A DNA stretch of 33,678 bases, taken from positions 1 to 33,678 of the forward strand of contig LT649357.1 of the NCBI GenBank assembly GCA_900128395.1, written 5' to 3'. The translations under genes were made by a program, and so were the position numbers. The notes beneath the pieces were generated by a model. It was not told the DNA's origin and did not search any database. It saw nothing but the letters and a program-made list of their open reading frames with translations. Each line of letters opens with the position of its first letter. Within the stretch, counting starts at the first letter, position 1. Below, piece by piece: positions 21,576 through 32,402 of this stretch. Source of the DNA: Stramenopiles sp. TOSAG23-2. Taxonomy: Eukaryota.

Positions 21576-24239
21576 ATGAAACAGAATTATAAAGTAGGAG
21601 ATGTTGTATGGGTGAAAATGCGTGGCTCACCATGGTGGCCTGCTTCAATACAATTACCAAAAACAAAACAACAACAAGAAGAATTTGAAGATATTATGGA
21701 AAAAAATAATAAGAAAGAAACACGTTTATTTGTAATATTCTTTGGTGATAATTCATATTATTTTGCAAAAAATACCAAAGGAAACGGAGAAATATTACCT
21801 TTTGAAGAACGTAAAGAAGAAATGTTAAAACGTTGTCATTCCAAATTATTTAAAAAAGCTGTAGAAGAAGCAGAAGAATATGTATTAGAAGAAGTTGAGG
21901 AGGAGTCAGAAGAAGATGATGAGTCAAAAGAGGAAGAACAAGACGACGATGATGACAAAGATGATAAAAATAGTCAAAGTGATAGTAATAGTGATTTAGA
22001 AGCATTTGAACCAAGAGCTAGTTTAAGTCCAAGCAAAAACAACAACAATAATAATAATAATAACAACATTGTAATATCAGAAATAGCACCATCTTCTACT
22101 AGGAAAAAAAAACGTAATATGAATAATAATAACATGTTATCTAGTCCACCTGCTAGCCAACCTCATGCAATCGTTCGATCTGCAAGTAGGACCCCTGGTG
22201 GTACGAGGCGTATCAAATGGATTGGAAAATCAATTGGAAATGGTATTGATCGTGAAAAATATTATGATGGATTTCGTTTAGATAGAGATGAATACCATGT
22301 TGGTGATTGCGTTTTCGTACGTATGGATGATGAAGAAGATGATTTATGGGTTGCAGAATTAGAAAGTTTATGGGAAGATAAATACAAAGAAAAATGGTTT
22401 GAAGGACGATGGTTTTATTCTGCATTAAATGCTCGTGCGCATTCCAATTATGGCCAAGGTAGAAATGGTAACAATCGCAATTGGACTGATGCAATATCTC
22501 GACATGAATTGTATGAAAGTGATCATGTAGATGAAAATACAATTGATTGTGTAGAAGGAAAAGCAAAAGTGATAACACAGCAAGAATTTCAAACCTATAA
22601 TCGTTCAAAAAGAAATTCACAACAAGAACAAACTTTTTTTTGTAAAGCATTTTATAGTACAAAAACAAGGATGATACGTCCTATCCTTGGAGCAACAAAA
22701 CGTGTACAACGTGCAAAACTTTATAGTAATCGTTTGATTGATGCATTAAGTGATAATGATGATGAGGATGAGGACGACGAAGAAGATGATTCTGAAGAAG
22801 AGGAAGATGAAATCATAAATAGTAAAAAACGAAAAAAAAATAATAGTAATAATAATAGTAGCTCGAGAAAAAATAAGAAGAAGAAGAAAAAGAAGAATCA
22901 AAATACAGGTAGCAATAATAATACTACTACTACCACGACGACGACGATGATAACAACAACTACTACGAATATAACAAGCAATAACAACAATAAAAATAAG
23001 AAAAAACAATTGTTTGAAAATTGTGCAAAAGCATGTGCTGCATTGCAATTATCACATGTACCGAAATCATTACCATGTCGTGAAAAAGAACGGAAACAAG
23101 TCATGCATTTTTTAAAAAGTGCAGTAGAACGTGGTGGTTTAGGAAGTGCGTTGTATATTTCTGGAATGCCTGGAACAGGTAAAACGGCAACTGTCATGGA
23201 AGTTATACGAACATTAAAGGAAAATGCAAGAAGAGGTTTAAATCCAGATTTCGAATTTATTGAATTAAATGGTATGAAATTGCCTCATCCGTATGAAGCA
23301 TATTCAATTATATGGCGAGGTTTAACTGGTCAAGATGCTGCACCGAAAAAAGCAGCTTCTTTACTCGAACGAAGATTTGCAACGCCATCATCTAAACGAC
23401 AATGTTGTGTCTTATTAGTCGATGAATTGGATTATATGGTAACTAGAAAACAAAGTGTATTATATAATTTGTTTGATTGGCCAAGTAAACGTTATTCCCG
23501 CCTTGTAGTTGTTGGAATTGCCAATACGATGGATTTGCCAGAGCGTTTATTACCACGTATCCATAGTAGGCTTGGATTGGAACGTGTTATTTTTCCAGGT
23601 TATACAGTACCACAAATTGAAACCATCATGAAAGCTCGATTAGGGGAATTAGATGTATTTGAAGATACTGCAGTAGAAATCTGTGCAAGAAAAGTTGCAT
23701 CTATTTCTGGTGATATAAGACGAGCATTACAAATTGCAAGACGTGCAGCAGAGATATGTGATAGAGAAGCAAATGAAATGGCAGAAGAGATAGACCTAAA
23801 TAATACTATTAACAACAACAACAACAACAACAACAGGAGCAAAGATCCATACGTAACGATTCGACATATTAATTTAGCGCATAAAGAATTAACAACAACT
23901 GCATATATATTAGCAATTAAACATGCATCCTTGTTTGAACGGTTATTATTAGCTTCTGTTGTATTGCAAATAAGAGGAAGTGGTTTAGAAGAAGTCATGT
24001 ATGATGATGTTATGAGGAGATTTGAAGGATTATGTCGTACACGTGGTGGTCCAATATCTCATCATCCTTCACGTACTTCCACGAAATCTATATGTAGACG
24101 TTTAGCATCATCCGGATTAATCGTATTAGATCAACGATCGACGGATTGGGATTGGCAACCAAAAATACGATTGAATGTGTTGCCAGATGACGTTGTATAT
24201 GCGTTATCCGGCGATAATACAACAAGGAGTTTGTTTTGA
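21576..24239 (+). CDS. ORC1: Origin recognition complex subunit 1 with N-terminal PWWP, BAH, AAA+ and winged-helix domains
   Basis: PWWP GDVVWVKMRGSPWWP..VIFFGD. BAH YHVGDCVFV..WVAELESLWE..WFY..ELYES. AAA+ LPCREKE, Walker A YISGMPGTGKT, Walker B LLVDELD, LYNLFDWP, GIANTMDLPER and SGDIRRAL. Confidence 0.95.
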   Translation: MKQNYKVGDVVWVKMRGSPWWPASIQLPKTKQQQEEFEDIMEKNNKKETRLFVIFFGDNSYYFAKNTKGNGEILPFEERKEEMLKRCHSKLFKKAVEEAEEYVLEEVEEESEEDDESKEEEQDDDDDKDDKNSQSDSNSDLEAFEPRASLSPSKNNNNNNNNNNIVISEIAPSSTRKKKRNMNNNNMLSSPPASQPHAIVRSASRTPGGTRRIKWIGKSIGNGIDREKYYDGFRLDRDEYHVGDCVFVRMDDEEDDLWVAELESLWEDKYKEKWFEGRWFYSALNARAHSNYGQGRNGNNRNWTDAISRHELYESDHVDENTIDCVEGKAKVITQQEFQTYNRSKRNSQQEQTFFCKAFYSTKTRMIRPILGATKRVQRAKLYSNRLIDALSDNDDEDEDDEEDDSEEEEDEIINSKKRKKNNSNNNSSSRKNKKKKKKKNQNTGSNNNTTTTTTTTMITTTTTNITSNNNNKNKKKQLFENCAKACAALQLSHVPKSLPCREKERKQVMHFLKSAVERGGLGSALYISGMPGTGKTATVMEVIRTLKENARRGLNPDFEFIELNGMKLPHPYEAYSIIWRGLTGQDAAPKKAASLLERRFATPSSKRQCCVLLVDELDYMVTRKQSVLYNLFDWPSKRYSRLVVVGIANTMDLPERLLPRIHSRLGLERVIFPGYTVPQIETIMKARLGELDVFEDTAVEICARKVASISGDIRRALQIARRAAEICDREANEMAEEIDLNNTINNNNNNNNRSKDPYVTIRHINLAHKELTTTAYILAIKHASLFERLLLASVVLQIRGSGLEEVMYDDVMRRFEGLCRTRGGPISHHPSRTSTKSICRRLASSGLIVLDQRSTDWDWQPKIRLNVLPDDVVYALSGDNTTRSLF

Positions 24240-24429
24240 TTTTAGGAAGGAAGGAAGAACCAGAGAAAAGAGAGATAGTGAAGTAAATGAGAGAACACAC
24301 AAAAATTAATTAAAATCAAAAATAAATTTCGATCATGCAGTAATATTTAATATCGTAAAAATTGAAATTAATTATTTTTTACCGACACAATTTGCTACAA
24401 AGACACCCTCTGTCCACTCTTTACACACC

Positions 24430-26568
24430 CTACTTAATACCAGGTAACGATGGCAAACCTGTTTGATGATGATGACTACCACCACCATCATCACCACCAC
24501 CACTATTAGTCACTTTCACAGGTGCAGGTGCATCTGCAATCCATGGATGTTTCAATGCTTGACTTGGTGTAAAACGTTGTTTCGTATCCCATCGTAAACA
24601 ACCTTCTAAAAATTCAACAAATAATGGATCATTGCATTTCAATGCACTTGAAATATTTCGTGTACCCGGCATACGTTTTCTACCACGAGAATTTGGTACG
24701 ATACGTGGCTCATTGTTGTTTTCAAAGAATAATTTCTTACGTGTAGATGCTTCAATTAATTTAGTTGGTGGTCTTCCACATATTTCCATAATGCATAATA
24801 ATTGTTCTTGTTCATTTTCACCAGGAAAGATTGGATAACCAGTATAAAGTTCTGCTAAGATACATCCAAAACTCCACATATCAATTGGTGTGCCATATGG
24901 CAATCCTAAGATAACTTCTGGACTACGATAAAAACGACTTTGTATATATGTATATACACGTTCATCAACAAAACAACTACTTCCCAAATCAATGACTTTG
25001 ATACCACTTTTATTGGCTTGTTTCAATAAAATATTTTCTGGCTTTAAATCGCAATGTATAATTCGTAATTTCCTCATGAAACGCAGAGAGGCTAAAATTT
25101 GTATTGCAAAACGTCGTATTAAACCAAGGCTAACACCTTGGAAATTGTTGTTTTTAATGAATTCATATAAATTCATACTAAGCAAATTAAATGTAATACA
25201 TAAATGATTGCGGAAATAAAAGTAATCTTTCAAATGTATAATATTACTATTACTGTTTGGATCCTTATCTTTTAAATGCTTTAATACCTTGACTTCCACA
25301 AGTGCTTGATGATGGAAACGTTTTTTATTTCTGATAATTTTCAATGCAACCATTTCCTTATTTTTCATATCATAACATTTCATCACTTGTCCAAATGACC
25401 CTTTACCAACTGTACCTAATACTTCATATCGATATCCAATATGATCATTCACGACAACACGATAATCACCACGTTCATCATCATATCCATGATTATTACC
25501 AACATTTTTCCTAATTTTCTTATCTGGTGCTCCCGTACAATAAATTTCTGGATATTCCAAAATTTCACCATGTTCATAATCAGATAAATCATTCATATAT
25601 AATTTAAATGCTTGTGCTGGAGTTAATGGCCATTGATCATTACCACCTTTGTTGTTGCTATTATTGGTATTATTATTATTATTATTATTATTACCAGTTT
25701 CACCATCATTTGTATTTTTTCCAGGGCTATTTGAAGTATTATTATTATTATTACGATGATGATGATGTTGTTTTGGATGACGTCTTACACCACCAACTGT
25801 ACCACCAAAGATATTTGTCTTTTCTGTACGTTTCGAAGGTCTACCTTTAAATATGTTCCCTCTTAAATTTGAAATTTCATTTTTATTATTATTACTACCG
25901 CTACCACCACCATAACGGGCAGATAACGGTTGATGTACAACTTTTTTATTATCATCATAACCAATTTCTCGTGCCGTAGAAGCTTTTTGTTGTTTATACC
26001 CACCATGATGATGGTGTTTATTTTCATTTGGTCTTTGTTGTGCCCATGAATCCAAATTTAATTTTGGTACTTTTGTTAATTCACTATTAACATTGTGTCG
26101 ATGTTGCCTTCGATTGTTGTTGTTGTTGTTGTTGCTGCTGTTGTTTTTGTTGTTATTGTTGTAATTATTTCCAACTCTTAAACGATTACGATTAAAATTT
26201 TGATTACGATATGGATTATTACTATTCTCACGACGACGATGATGATGATGATGATTATTATTATTATTATTATTATGCATGGAAGATTTATAATGGTTTC
26301 GTCGAGGTTGATATCCACCATTATTATTATTATTATTACTACGTTTCTTTTTTTGATGATGTGCATTTGCAAATGAAAAATTGTTATTACTATTATTACT
26401 ACTACGATGGCTGGTATTTATATTTCCATATTTATAATGTCCACCATTCCCACGTGCAGATCTTGGACTACTGTAATTGGATTTATAACTATGGTTAATA
26501 TTGCTATTGTTGTTGTTATATGGCTTATTTCTACGTGCATTTGATAGTTTCAACGATGGTAAATTCAT
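24430..26568 (-). CDS. DYRK: Dual-specificity tyrosine-phosphorylation-regulated kinase, class 2 (DYRK2/3/4-like), ~712 aa
   Basis: DH box GYDDERGDY, GKGSFGQV, HCDLKPEN, activation loop YTYIQSRFYRSPE, NAPA-like LSDYEHGEILEY, insert NSRGRKRMPG. First ATG is at 26568 (the ORF track starts at an upstream TTG). Confidence 0.95.
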   Translation of the reverse strand: MNLPSLKLSNARRNKPYNNNNSNINHSYKSNYSSPRSARGNGGHYKYGNINTSHRSSNNSNNNFSFANAHHQKKKRSNNNNNNGGYQPRRNHYKSSMHNNNNNNNHHHHHRRRENSNNPYRNQNFNRNRLRVGNNYNNNNKNNSSNNNNNNNRRQHRHNVNSELTKVPKLNLDSWAQQRPNENKHHHHGGYKQQKASTAREIGYDDNKKVVHQPLSARYGGGSGSNNNKNEISNLRGNIFKGRPSKRTEKTNIFGGTVGGVRRHPKQHHHHRNNNNNTSNSPGKNTNDGETGNNNNNNNNTNNSNNKGGNDQWPLTPAQAFKLYMNDLSDYEHGEILEYPEIYCTGAPDKKIRKNVGNNHGYDDERGDYRVVVNDHIGYRYEVLGTVGKGSFGQVMKCYDMKNKEMVALKIIRNKKRFHHQALVEVKVLKHLKDKDPNSNSNIIHLKDYFYFRNHLCITFNLLSMNLYEFIKNNNFQGVSLGLIRRFAIQILASLRFMRKLRIIHCDLKPENILLKQANKSGIKVIDLGSSCFVDERVYTYIQSRFYRSPEVILGLPYGTPIDMWSFGCILAELYTGYPIFPGENEQEQLLCIMEICGRPPTKLIEASTRKKLFFENNNEPRIVPNSRGRKRMPGTRNISSALKCNDPLFVEFLEGCLRWDTKQRFTPSQALKHPWIADAPAPVKVTNSGGGDDGGGSHHHQTGLPSLPGIK

Positions 26569-26841
26569 AATGGTCAAAATGTTATAATGGAATAAATAAA
26601 TATTTTATATATGTAATGTCAAACGATTCGATGATCCAATATATATGATTTGGTATATACAAATATATATATATACGAGAGAGATATAAGCGATACTTTA
26701 TGTATATAATGTAAATTTCTTCAATCATTCACATAATTATATCGTCAATATATACGTCATCTTGTTTTTTTCTATTTTTTTCTATTTATTTTTAAGTTTT
26801 GGTCGGTTTTGTAGAGAAGAAGAGATGTAAAACGCATGGGA

Positions 26842-27205
26842 GGATAAGGAGGGGATGGAGAAATTTGTTGAGTTTAAGGATAATGGTTAGGGTTATTTGG
26901 ACTACTAATTATTATACTTCAATAGCTATGATATTTTCCTACCGAATTCCGGATTAACAGGTACACAGGACTGGTTATTCGTAATGAACAAATAACCAGT
27001 GCTGTGTAGGCGCACCACTTTTATGGATAAGGAGGGGATGGAGAAATTTGTTGAGTTTAAGGATAAGGGTTAGGGTTATTTGGACTACTAATTATTATAC
27101 TTCAATATATGATATTTTCCTACCGAATTCCGTATTAACAGGTACACAGTACTGATTATTGACAATGAACAAATAACCAGTGCTGTGTAGGCGCACCACT
27201 TTTAT
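26842..27205. repeat. Imperfect tandem duplication (183 + 181 bp); each unit has a 47-nt inverted repeat and a GGTTAGGGTTA motif
   Basis: Units 26842-27024 and 27025-27205 differ by a few substitutions and a 2-bp indel. Hairpins at 26962-27008 and 27143-27189. Confidence 0.93.
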
Positions 27206-27448
27206 AATGGACCCGATTATTAGGAGATCAAAGAAGAACAAGCCGTTTTATTTCGTTCTTCTTCTTCAAATATATAATATCTCATATAATGTACATACCA
27301 ATTAGTAACATCGTTAGATTTAGGAATAATTAGTAACTTGTTGACCGAAATATAAAAAAGATCCACAAGAAGTTAGCTACTTCGTTTGCTAGGAATAATA
27401 ATAATAATAATAATATCAACAACAACAACAACAACCACCACCACCACC

Positions 27449-29044
27449 ATGAGTTACGAATCGAAATACGATGATGATAAACAAAATAAAGATGAATATC
27501 GTAAAAGTAGACGGTGGCCAAGGCATGATTATTGGCCTTCGAAATTTAATACCAATAAACACCATTATTTAAAATTAAAAATTATACGTGAACCATGGAC
27601 ATATCCAATGGGTGCTATTAATTTAGCAGCAATACAAATACAACGTACATGGCGTGGTGTTGCCGTGCGTTCCTTGTTTCGTAACATGGAAACGAAATCA
27701 GGTATTAAAAAAGCAATCAAAGAAATGAGGAAACGCCCATATCAAATAAACTATAGGAAACAACTTAAATTTTCTCCAAAACAAAATACACTTGCAACGA
27801 AAACGTTTTCTTTAAAATTTTGGAAACACAAAGGAATACAAATGCCATCCTTACAACAAGATGTTGCACCAATGTCTGCATTAGCAACTGATAACGATGC
27901 AGTGGATTGGGTATGTTCACGTATACAAGCATGGTGGAGAATGGTGGTAATAAAACGGGAATATACATTAAGTCGTTTTTCAATATATCATATAGCTGCT
28001 ATGCAAATACAATATATGTGGCGTTCATTTCGTCAAAATAAATATATTGGTATGAGCAATTTAAGCCCTGATGAAATAGCTGTTATTAAAATGCAAAAAT
28101 TATGGAGACGTTATACAAATCGTCGTATATATTTTTATTATAGAGATTTAATTAAATTTCGTAATGCTGGTGATCCGGCATTAATGTTACGTTGCATTAA
28201 TCCACGTGAAGCTGCATTATTTGATCAAGCGAGTGGTGTACATGTACGTTTTCGTTTAGGTGGTAAGTCGTTTCCTCCAACGATTTTATATAAAGTATTT
28301 ACACATAAACCATTATGTGATGTAAATGCATTTGCACCACGTGATTATGTCAAAGCAAGACGAAATCAAAGTAGTGAAAATAATTATGATGATGGTGAAT
28401 TGGAAAATAGGAAGAAAAAGAAGAAGAAAAAAGGAAGAAGAAACAGAAATGGTAATAACATGATGGAATTAGCTGGTATACGTGTTGGTAATTCTATTTA
28501 TGAAGCAAAATATAATGATGAATATGACCAAGATGATGGTTCATGGTATCGTAGAGATGATATGAATAATTGGAGACCAGTTACATTAGGTGTTTTAGAA
28601 GAAGCTGATATGGAACCAGAAAAAAGAAAAGTAATAGAATTAGGTCAACGATTTCATTATAGTAAAGTACAACGTAAACAAGATAAATTATTACGACAAA
28701 AACGAAAAAAACGTAATTGGATGATGAAATTATATTCCAAAGGTCTTGTTAGTGATAAGAAAATGATGAATACATTTAATAATAATGATGAATATGCTGA
28801 AGAGGAAGAGGATGATGAATTATTAAATTGGTCAAATAATTTAGATTTTGATACATATTTAGAAGAATGGAAACAATTAGGTACAAGTGGTCCATCAAAT
28901 CCAACTGAATATGAAAAAAGTGTATTAGAAAGTGTACATCAACGTTTACATGGTGGGAATAATAATTCATCATCATCATTTATGAATTTAGGACAAGGTA
29001 ATAATGAAATTTTAGATGAACGTTTTATTCAAGATGAGTTGTAG
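27449..29044 (+). CDS. IQ-motif protein with a C11orf65/MFI-like conserved domain, ~531 aa
   Basis: IQ motifs AAIQIQRTWRG, RIQAWWR, QIQYMWRSF and KMQKLWRRY. Core DLIKFR..GDP..L.CINPREA.L.D.A.G.HVRFRLGG..FPP.I.YK.FTH.P..D..A..PRDY recalls C11orf65/MFI. First ATG at 27449. Confidence 0.8.
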   Translation: MSYESKYDDDKQNKDEYRKSRRWPRHDYWPSKFNTNKHHYLKLKIIREPWTYPMGAINLAAIQIQRTWRGVAVRSLFRNMETKSGIKKAIKEMRKRPYQINYRKQLKFSPKQNTLATKTFSLKFWKHKGIQMPSLQQDVAPMSALATDNDAVDWVCSRIQAWWRMVVIKREYTLSRFSIYHIAAMQIQYMWRSFRQNKYIGMSNLSPDEIAVIKMQKLWRRYTNRRIYFYYRDLIKFRNAGDPALMLRCINPREAALFDQASGVHVRFRLGGKSFPPTILYKVFTHKPLCDVNAFAPRDYVKARRNQSSENNYDDGELENRKKKKKKKGRRNRNGNNMMELAGIRVGNSIYEAKYNDEYDQDDGSWYRRDDMNNWRPVTLGVLEEADMEPEKRKVIELGQRFHYSKVQRKQDKLLRQKRKKRNWMMKLYSKGLVSDKKMMNTFNNNDEYAEEEEDDELLNWSNNLDFDTYLEEWKQLGTSGPSNPTEYEKSVLESVHQRLHGGNNNSSSSFMNLGQGNNEILDERFIQDEL

Positions 29045-29415
29045 TATGATAATCTAGAATATAGAGTATTTTAGAGAGAGCGAGAGTTCGTTAAAAAATA
29101 TATATGTACTGCTGAACGGTTCGTATTTTTTCAATTTAATTGGTGAAACCAACTATCATATCATACATACGAAAGTTTGTATATCATAGATATATTTTGT
29201 ATTGATACACCTTCTTTAATAAATTTAAAAAACAATAAACAATATATCATATCATAGTTCATATATCATATATCATATTTTTAGTTATATTTAGTTTTTT
29301 TTTATTTTTATAAAAAACGCTTTTTAGCGCTCTTTTTCAAAAATCTCTTTTTTTTCTTTTTTTTTTAAATCATTCAACGACGTACGTGTACTTCTTCACC
29401 ACATCACACATCATT

Positions 29416-31254
29416 TCAAAACCCAAGTCTTTTCTTTTTCTTTCTTTTATTCATATTATTAATACTACTATTACTACTACCACCACCACCAACACTACCA
29501 CTTGACGATTTCTTCTTCATTAAACTATGTTTATTACTACTAATGGAACTACTTTTTGCTCTTGTTGGTTTTGTTGGTACGATAGATGATGTAGTATTTT
29601 TTTTATTTTTATTACTATTTTTCGTTGTTGCTATAACATTATTAGTACTACTATCAGCTTTTTTTAATATTGGAGTATTTGGTACGAAGTTTGTCGTTAT
29701 TCCCGTCATTACTTGTGGTTGATTAAAACGTAATATCCGACTATATGCCGTACTATCTAAACCTTTTGTAACACCTTGTACTAAATTCCCTTTCAATGTT
29801 TTTGTTGTGGACATGTAATTTAACATATCGCCACGATTTAATTCATGTATATCTTTCTCACTCATTTCCGTCAATGATTCAACATTACTTTCTAAATTAC
29901 TTTGCATATATTCAAATAAATCTTTAGCATTTCCTTGAGATAAATTATATGCAAATACGTATGAATATTTTAACAAATTACGGCAATCGTATACTAATTT
30001 TGCAGCATCTTTATAAAATTGACCATCATCAATCCATTTTGAGCTTTTGCCTTTACTACGTAATTCAGAAACAATTTCTTCCGAACGATTTATTTGTTTC
30101 TTTGCAAATTTCATTCCTTGCTCATGTGCTGTATAGCGTTTGTAATAATGTAAAAAACGATCATTTTCCCCTTCCTCTCCGCTATTATTATTCTTATTAT
30201 TATTACTACTACTACTATCCATTCCTTTGTTTTCTTTTCCATCTCCATTTTTTTTATATTTATTGCAACCATAATAATTACCACTTCCATGTTCCGACCA
30301 TGGTCCTTGGCATATCCAACAAAATGCATGGCCGCATTGTTTACAATTAACTTTATTACAACCTTGATTTTTTTCAATTCGTGTCAGACATTTTGGACAT
30401 TTCTTCGTATTTTCCAATATCCATTGTGCATTACCACCTTGTGTACCACAACGTTCTAACCATTCGTTTTTCTCTTTGCATGTGATTGGAAAATGCGATT
30501 CTTCCCCACATTTAAAGCAAAAATTGCAACCACAATTGCATACGATTTCTTTTGCTGCTCCTGTTCCTTGAACAGCTTTGCCACAATTTTGACCTGGGCA
30601 CCATTTGATCATACGATTTATATCAACATATGATTCAATCAAAAATTTTTGATATTTAGTATGTATATCTTTGGATAATATTTTTTCAAATGTAATTTCC
30701 GGTACAATTTCACAACAATCCTTCATTGGACAGACGGTGAAAATGCATGTACTACCTTCTAACACTTTATATTTTAAATATGGTTCCCAACAATCTTGGC
30801 AAAATCTATGTCCACATGCTAAACCAGCTGTTTCACCATATGGAAACGTATCATAACATATTCTACATGTAACTTGTTTTGCAGCGGGTGATGGTGGTAA
30901 CGTTTTATTATGTAAACCAACGGCATTTGTAACACCGGAAGTATCTACTACTAATTTTGTATTTGCATAATATTTTTCTATTAAAACTTCTTTGCTCCAT
31001 CCATAATTGCGTAATAATGCAGCAGCAATGTCAACGGTTAATCCAAACAAATCAGCGATTTCATTGATAATAAGTTTTTGCTCTGTTTTAATATCTTCCG
31101 CTTCGATAATTCGATATTCTAAGTTTGATGCTATAATAGTTGGTGATGGACCGTCGTTACTAAGTGATTCTGTTGGTTCTTCCTCTGCAAACATCATATC
31201 ATCTTCTTCTTCTTCATCGGAATATCCACCATAAAAATCTTCATCGGAGGACAT
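29416..31254 (-). CDS. ARIH1: Ariadne-family RBR E3 ubiquitin ligase, ~612 aa
   Basis: Acidic N-terminus from ATG 31254 (MSSDEDFY), UBA-like ALLRNYGW, RING1 CRICY..CGHRFC..CW, IBR WCPG..C.CG..FC..C...H.P..C, RING2 CPKC..IEKNQGC..CGHAFCWIC, Ariadne domain RFLHYY.RY..H. Confidence 0.94.
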   Translation of the reverse strand: MSSDEDFYGGYSDEEEEDDMMFAEEEPTESLSNDGPSPTIIASNLEYRIIEAEDIKTEQKLIINEIADLFGLTVDIAAALLRNYGWSKEVLIEKYYANTKLVVDTSGVTNAVGLHNKTLPPSPAAKQVTCRICYDTFPYGETAGLACGHRFCQDCWEPYLKYKVLEGSTCIFTVCPMKDCCEIVPEITFEKILSKDIHTKYQKFLIESYVDINRMIKWCPGQNCGKAVQGTGAAKEIVCNCGCNFCFKCGEESHFPITCKEKNEWLERCGTQGGNAQWILENTKKCPKCLTRIEKNQGCNKVNCKQCGHAFCWICQGPWSEHGSGNYYGCNKYKKNGDGKENKGMDSSSSNNNKNNNSGEEGENDRFLHYYKRYTAHEQGMKFAKKQINRSEEIVSELRSKGKSSKWIDDGQFYKDAAKLVYDCRNLLKYSYVFAYNLSQGNAKDLFEYMQSNLESNVESLTEMSEKDIHELNRGDMLNYMSTTKTLKGNLVQGVTKGLDSTAYSRILRFNQPQVMTGITTNFVPNTPILKKADSSTNNVIATTKNSNKNKKNTTSSIVPTKPTRAKSSSISSNKHSLMKKKSSSGSVGGGGSSNSSINNMNKRKKKKRLGF

Positions 31255-32402
31255 TGTGTATGAGTGTGTTTGTTTCTTTGCTTTATTTATATATAAATTA
31301 GTTTTTCTTGTTACAAAATCTTTCAAATTATAACAGCTTATATAGTTTTCAAAGAATAATAAATAAAATGATGATGATTTTGTAATAAATTTTAATTCTA
31401 TTTTTTTTACTTTCAAAAAAAAAAATTGAATACAATATATAAGAAAAACAAAATGATTATTGTATTATATAAACGTGATAATTATATACGTATGTATTCA
31501 AAAAACGTGTAATAATTGTTTTTTTCTTTGTTTTACTCTTCTATACTCTTGAGGATCGTCTAGCTCAGTTATCTCGCTTTGGATTGATTGAAAACCAGTG
31601 GAAATAACGTTTTTTTTATTTTATCCCGAGTTTATACCAATTTTATACAACAATAAACATATAGGGGATAATGTGGTACAGATGAATGTAGTGATTCCAG
31701 TGATGTAAAGTAAATATTATCATGGAATAGTTTCAAATTCTTTTTCTTTCATTTATTAATTCAGTGCATTTTCGGAAACGTTAACTGAAAATCAATTCGC
31801 ACAAACCAGGGCACACCGAGCACACGCAACAGCCAAATATAACACTTAACATGGGAATATCACTATTTACATCTACCATTGGAATATCATTACGAATACT
31901 TTAATAAACAAATAAAAAAGTTAGTACTGAACCTATTGTGCTATTGTAAGCTATTAATAAGTTGTTAAAAATCAATCAGGAATTTTCATCATCTAAAAAT
32001 AATATCGATTAACTGAATGAAATTGGTAAATAATTATTTAATTATCGGATATTATTATTCCCACTCCCACACTCTAAACAGTCAGTTTGGTAACTTAAAA
32101 AAGTAAACCACACGCTAAAATTTGATGATTTGTGCATTTCTTTTCAGCAAAAAAAAAAACAACAACAACAGCAACAATAACAAGCACACAACACGGGGAT
32201 AGTCTAAAAAACTCTAATATACTATATACTTTTTTACTTGAAAAAAAAAAAAAAAACACAACAAAAAAAAACTACTCGACGACAAGCACACAAAAGCGTC
32301 CTGTAATAATACATATCATGTTAATGTAAGATACAAGATACAGTATATCTAAAGTGTAGCGACTACACTGTATATATACAAAGAAGATATACTGTATACC
32401 AC

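Noticed and set aside
12953-31234. Numerous antisense ORFs rich in L/Y/I/S runs inside the large genes
   Set aside because: Shadow frames of AAT/AAC/GAT triplet repeats in real CDSs.
11820-31254. Run of protein-modifying enzymes (two methyltransferases, acetyltransferase, kinase, E3) as a functional cluster
   Set aside because: These classes are abundant in eukaryotic genomes, no shared pathway is evident and there are no synteny data.
31255-31416. ORF-track N-terminal extension of Ariadne (likewise 27386-27448 and 26569-26577)
   Set aside because: They begin at TTG. In a eukaryote the first ATG with a family-typical N-terminus is preferred.
31551-31620. TAGCTCAGTT (tRNA A-box-like) and TATACTCTTGAGGATC (U3 5'-like) followed by a weak hairpin and a T-run
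   Set aside because: No B-box/GTTCGA, no cloverleaf, and the U3 box A and later boxes do not match.
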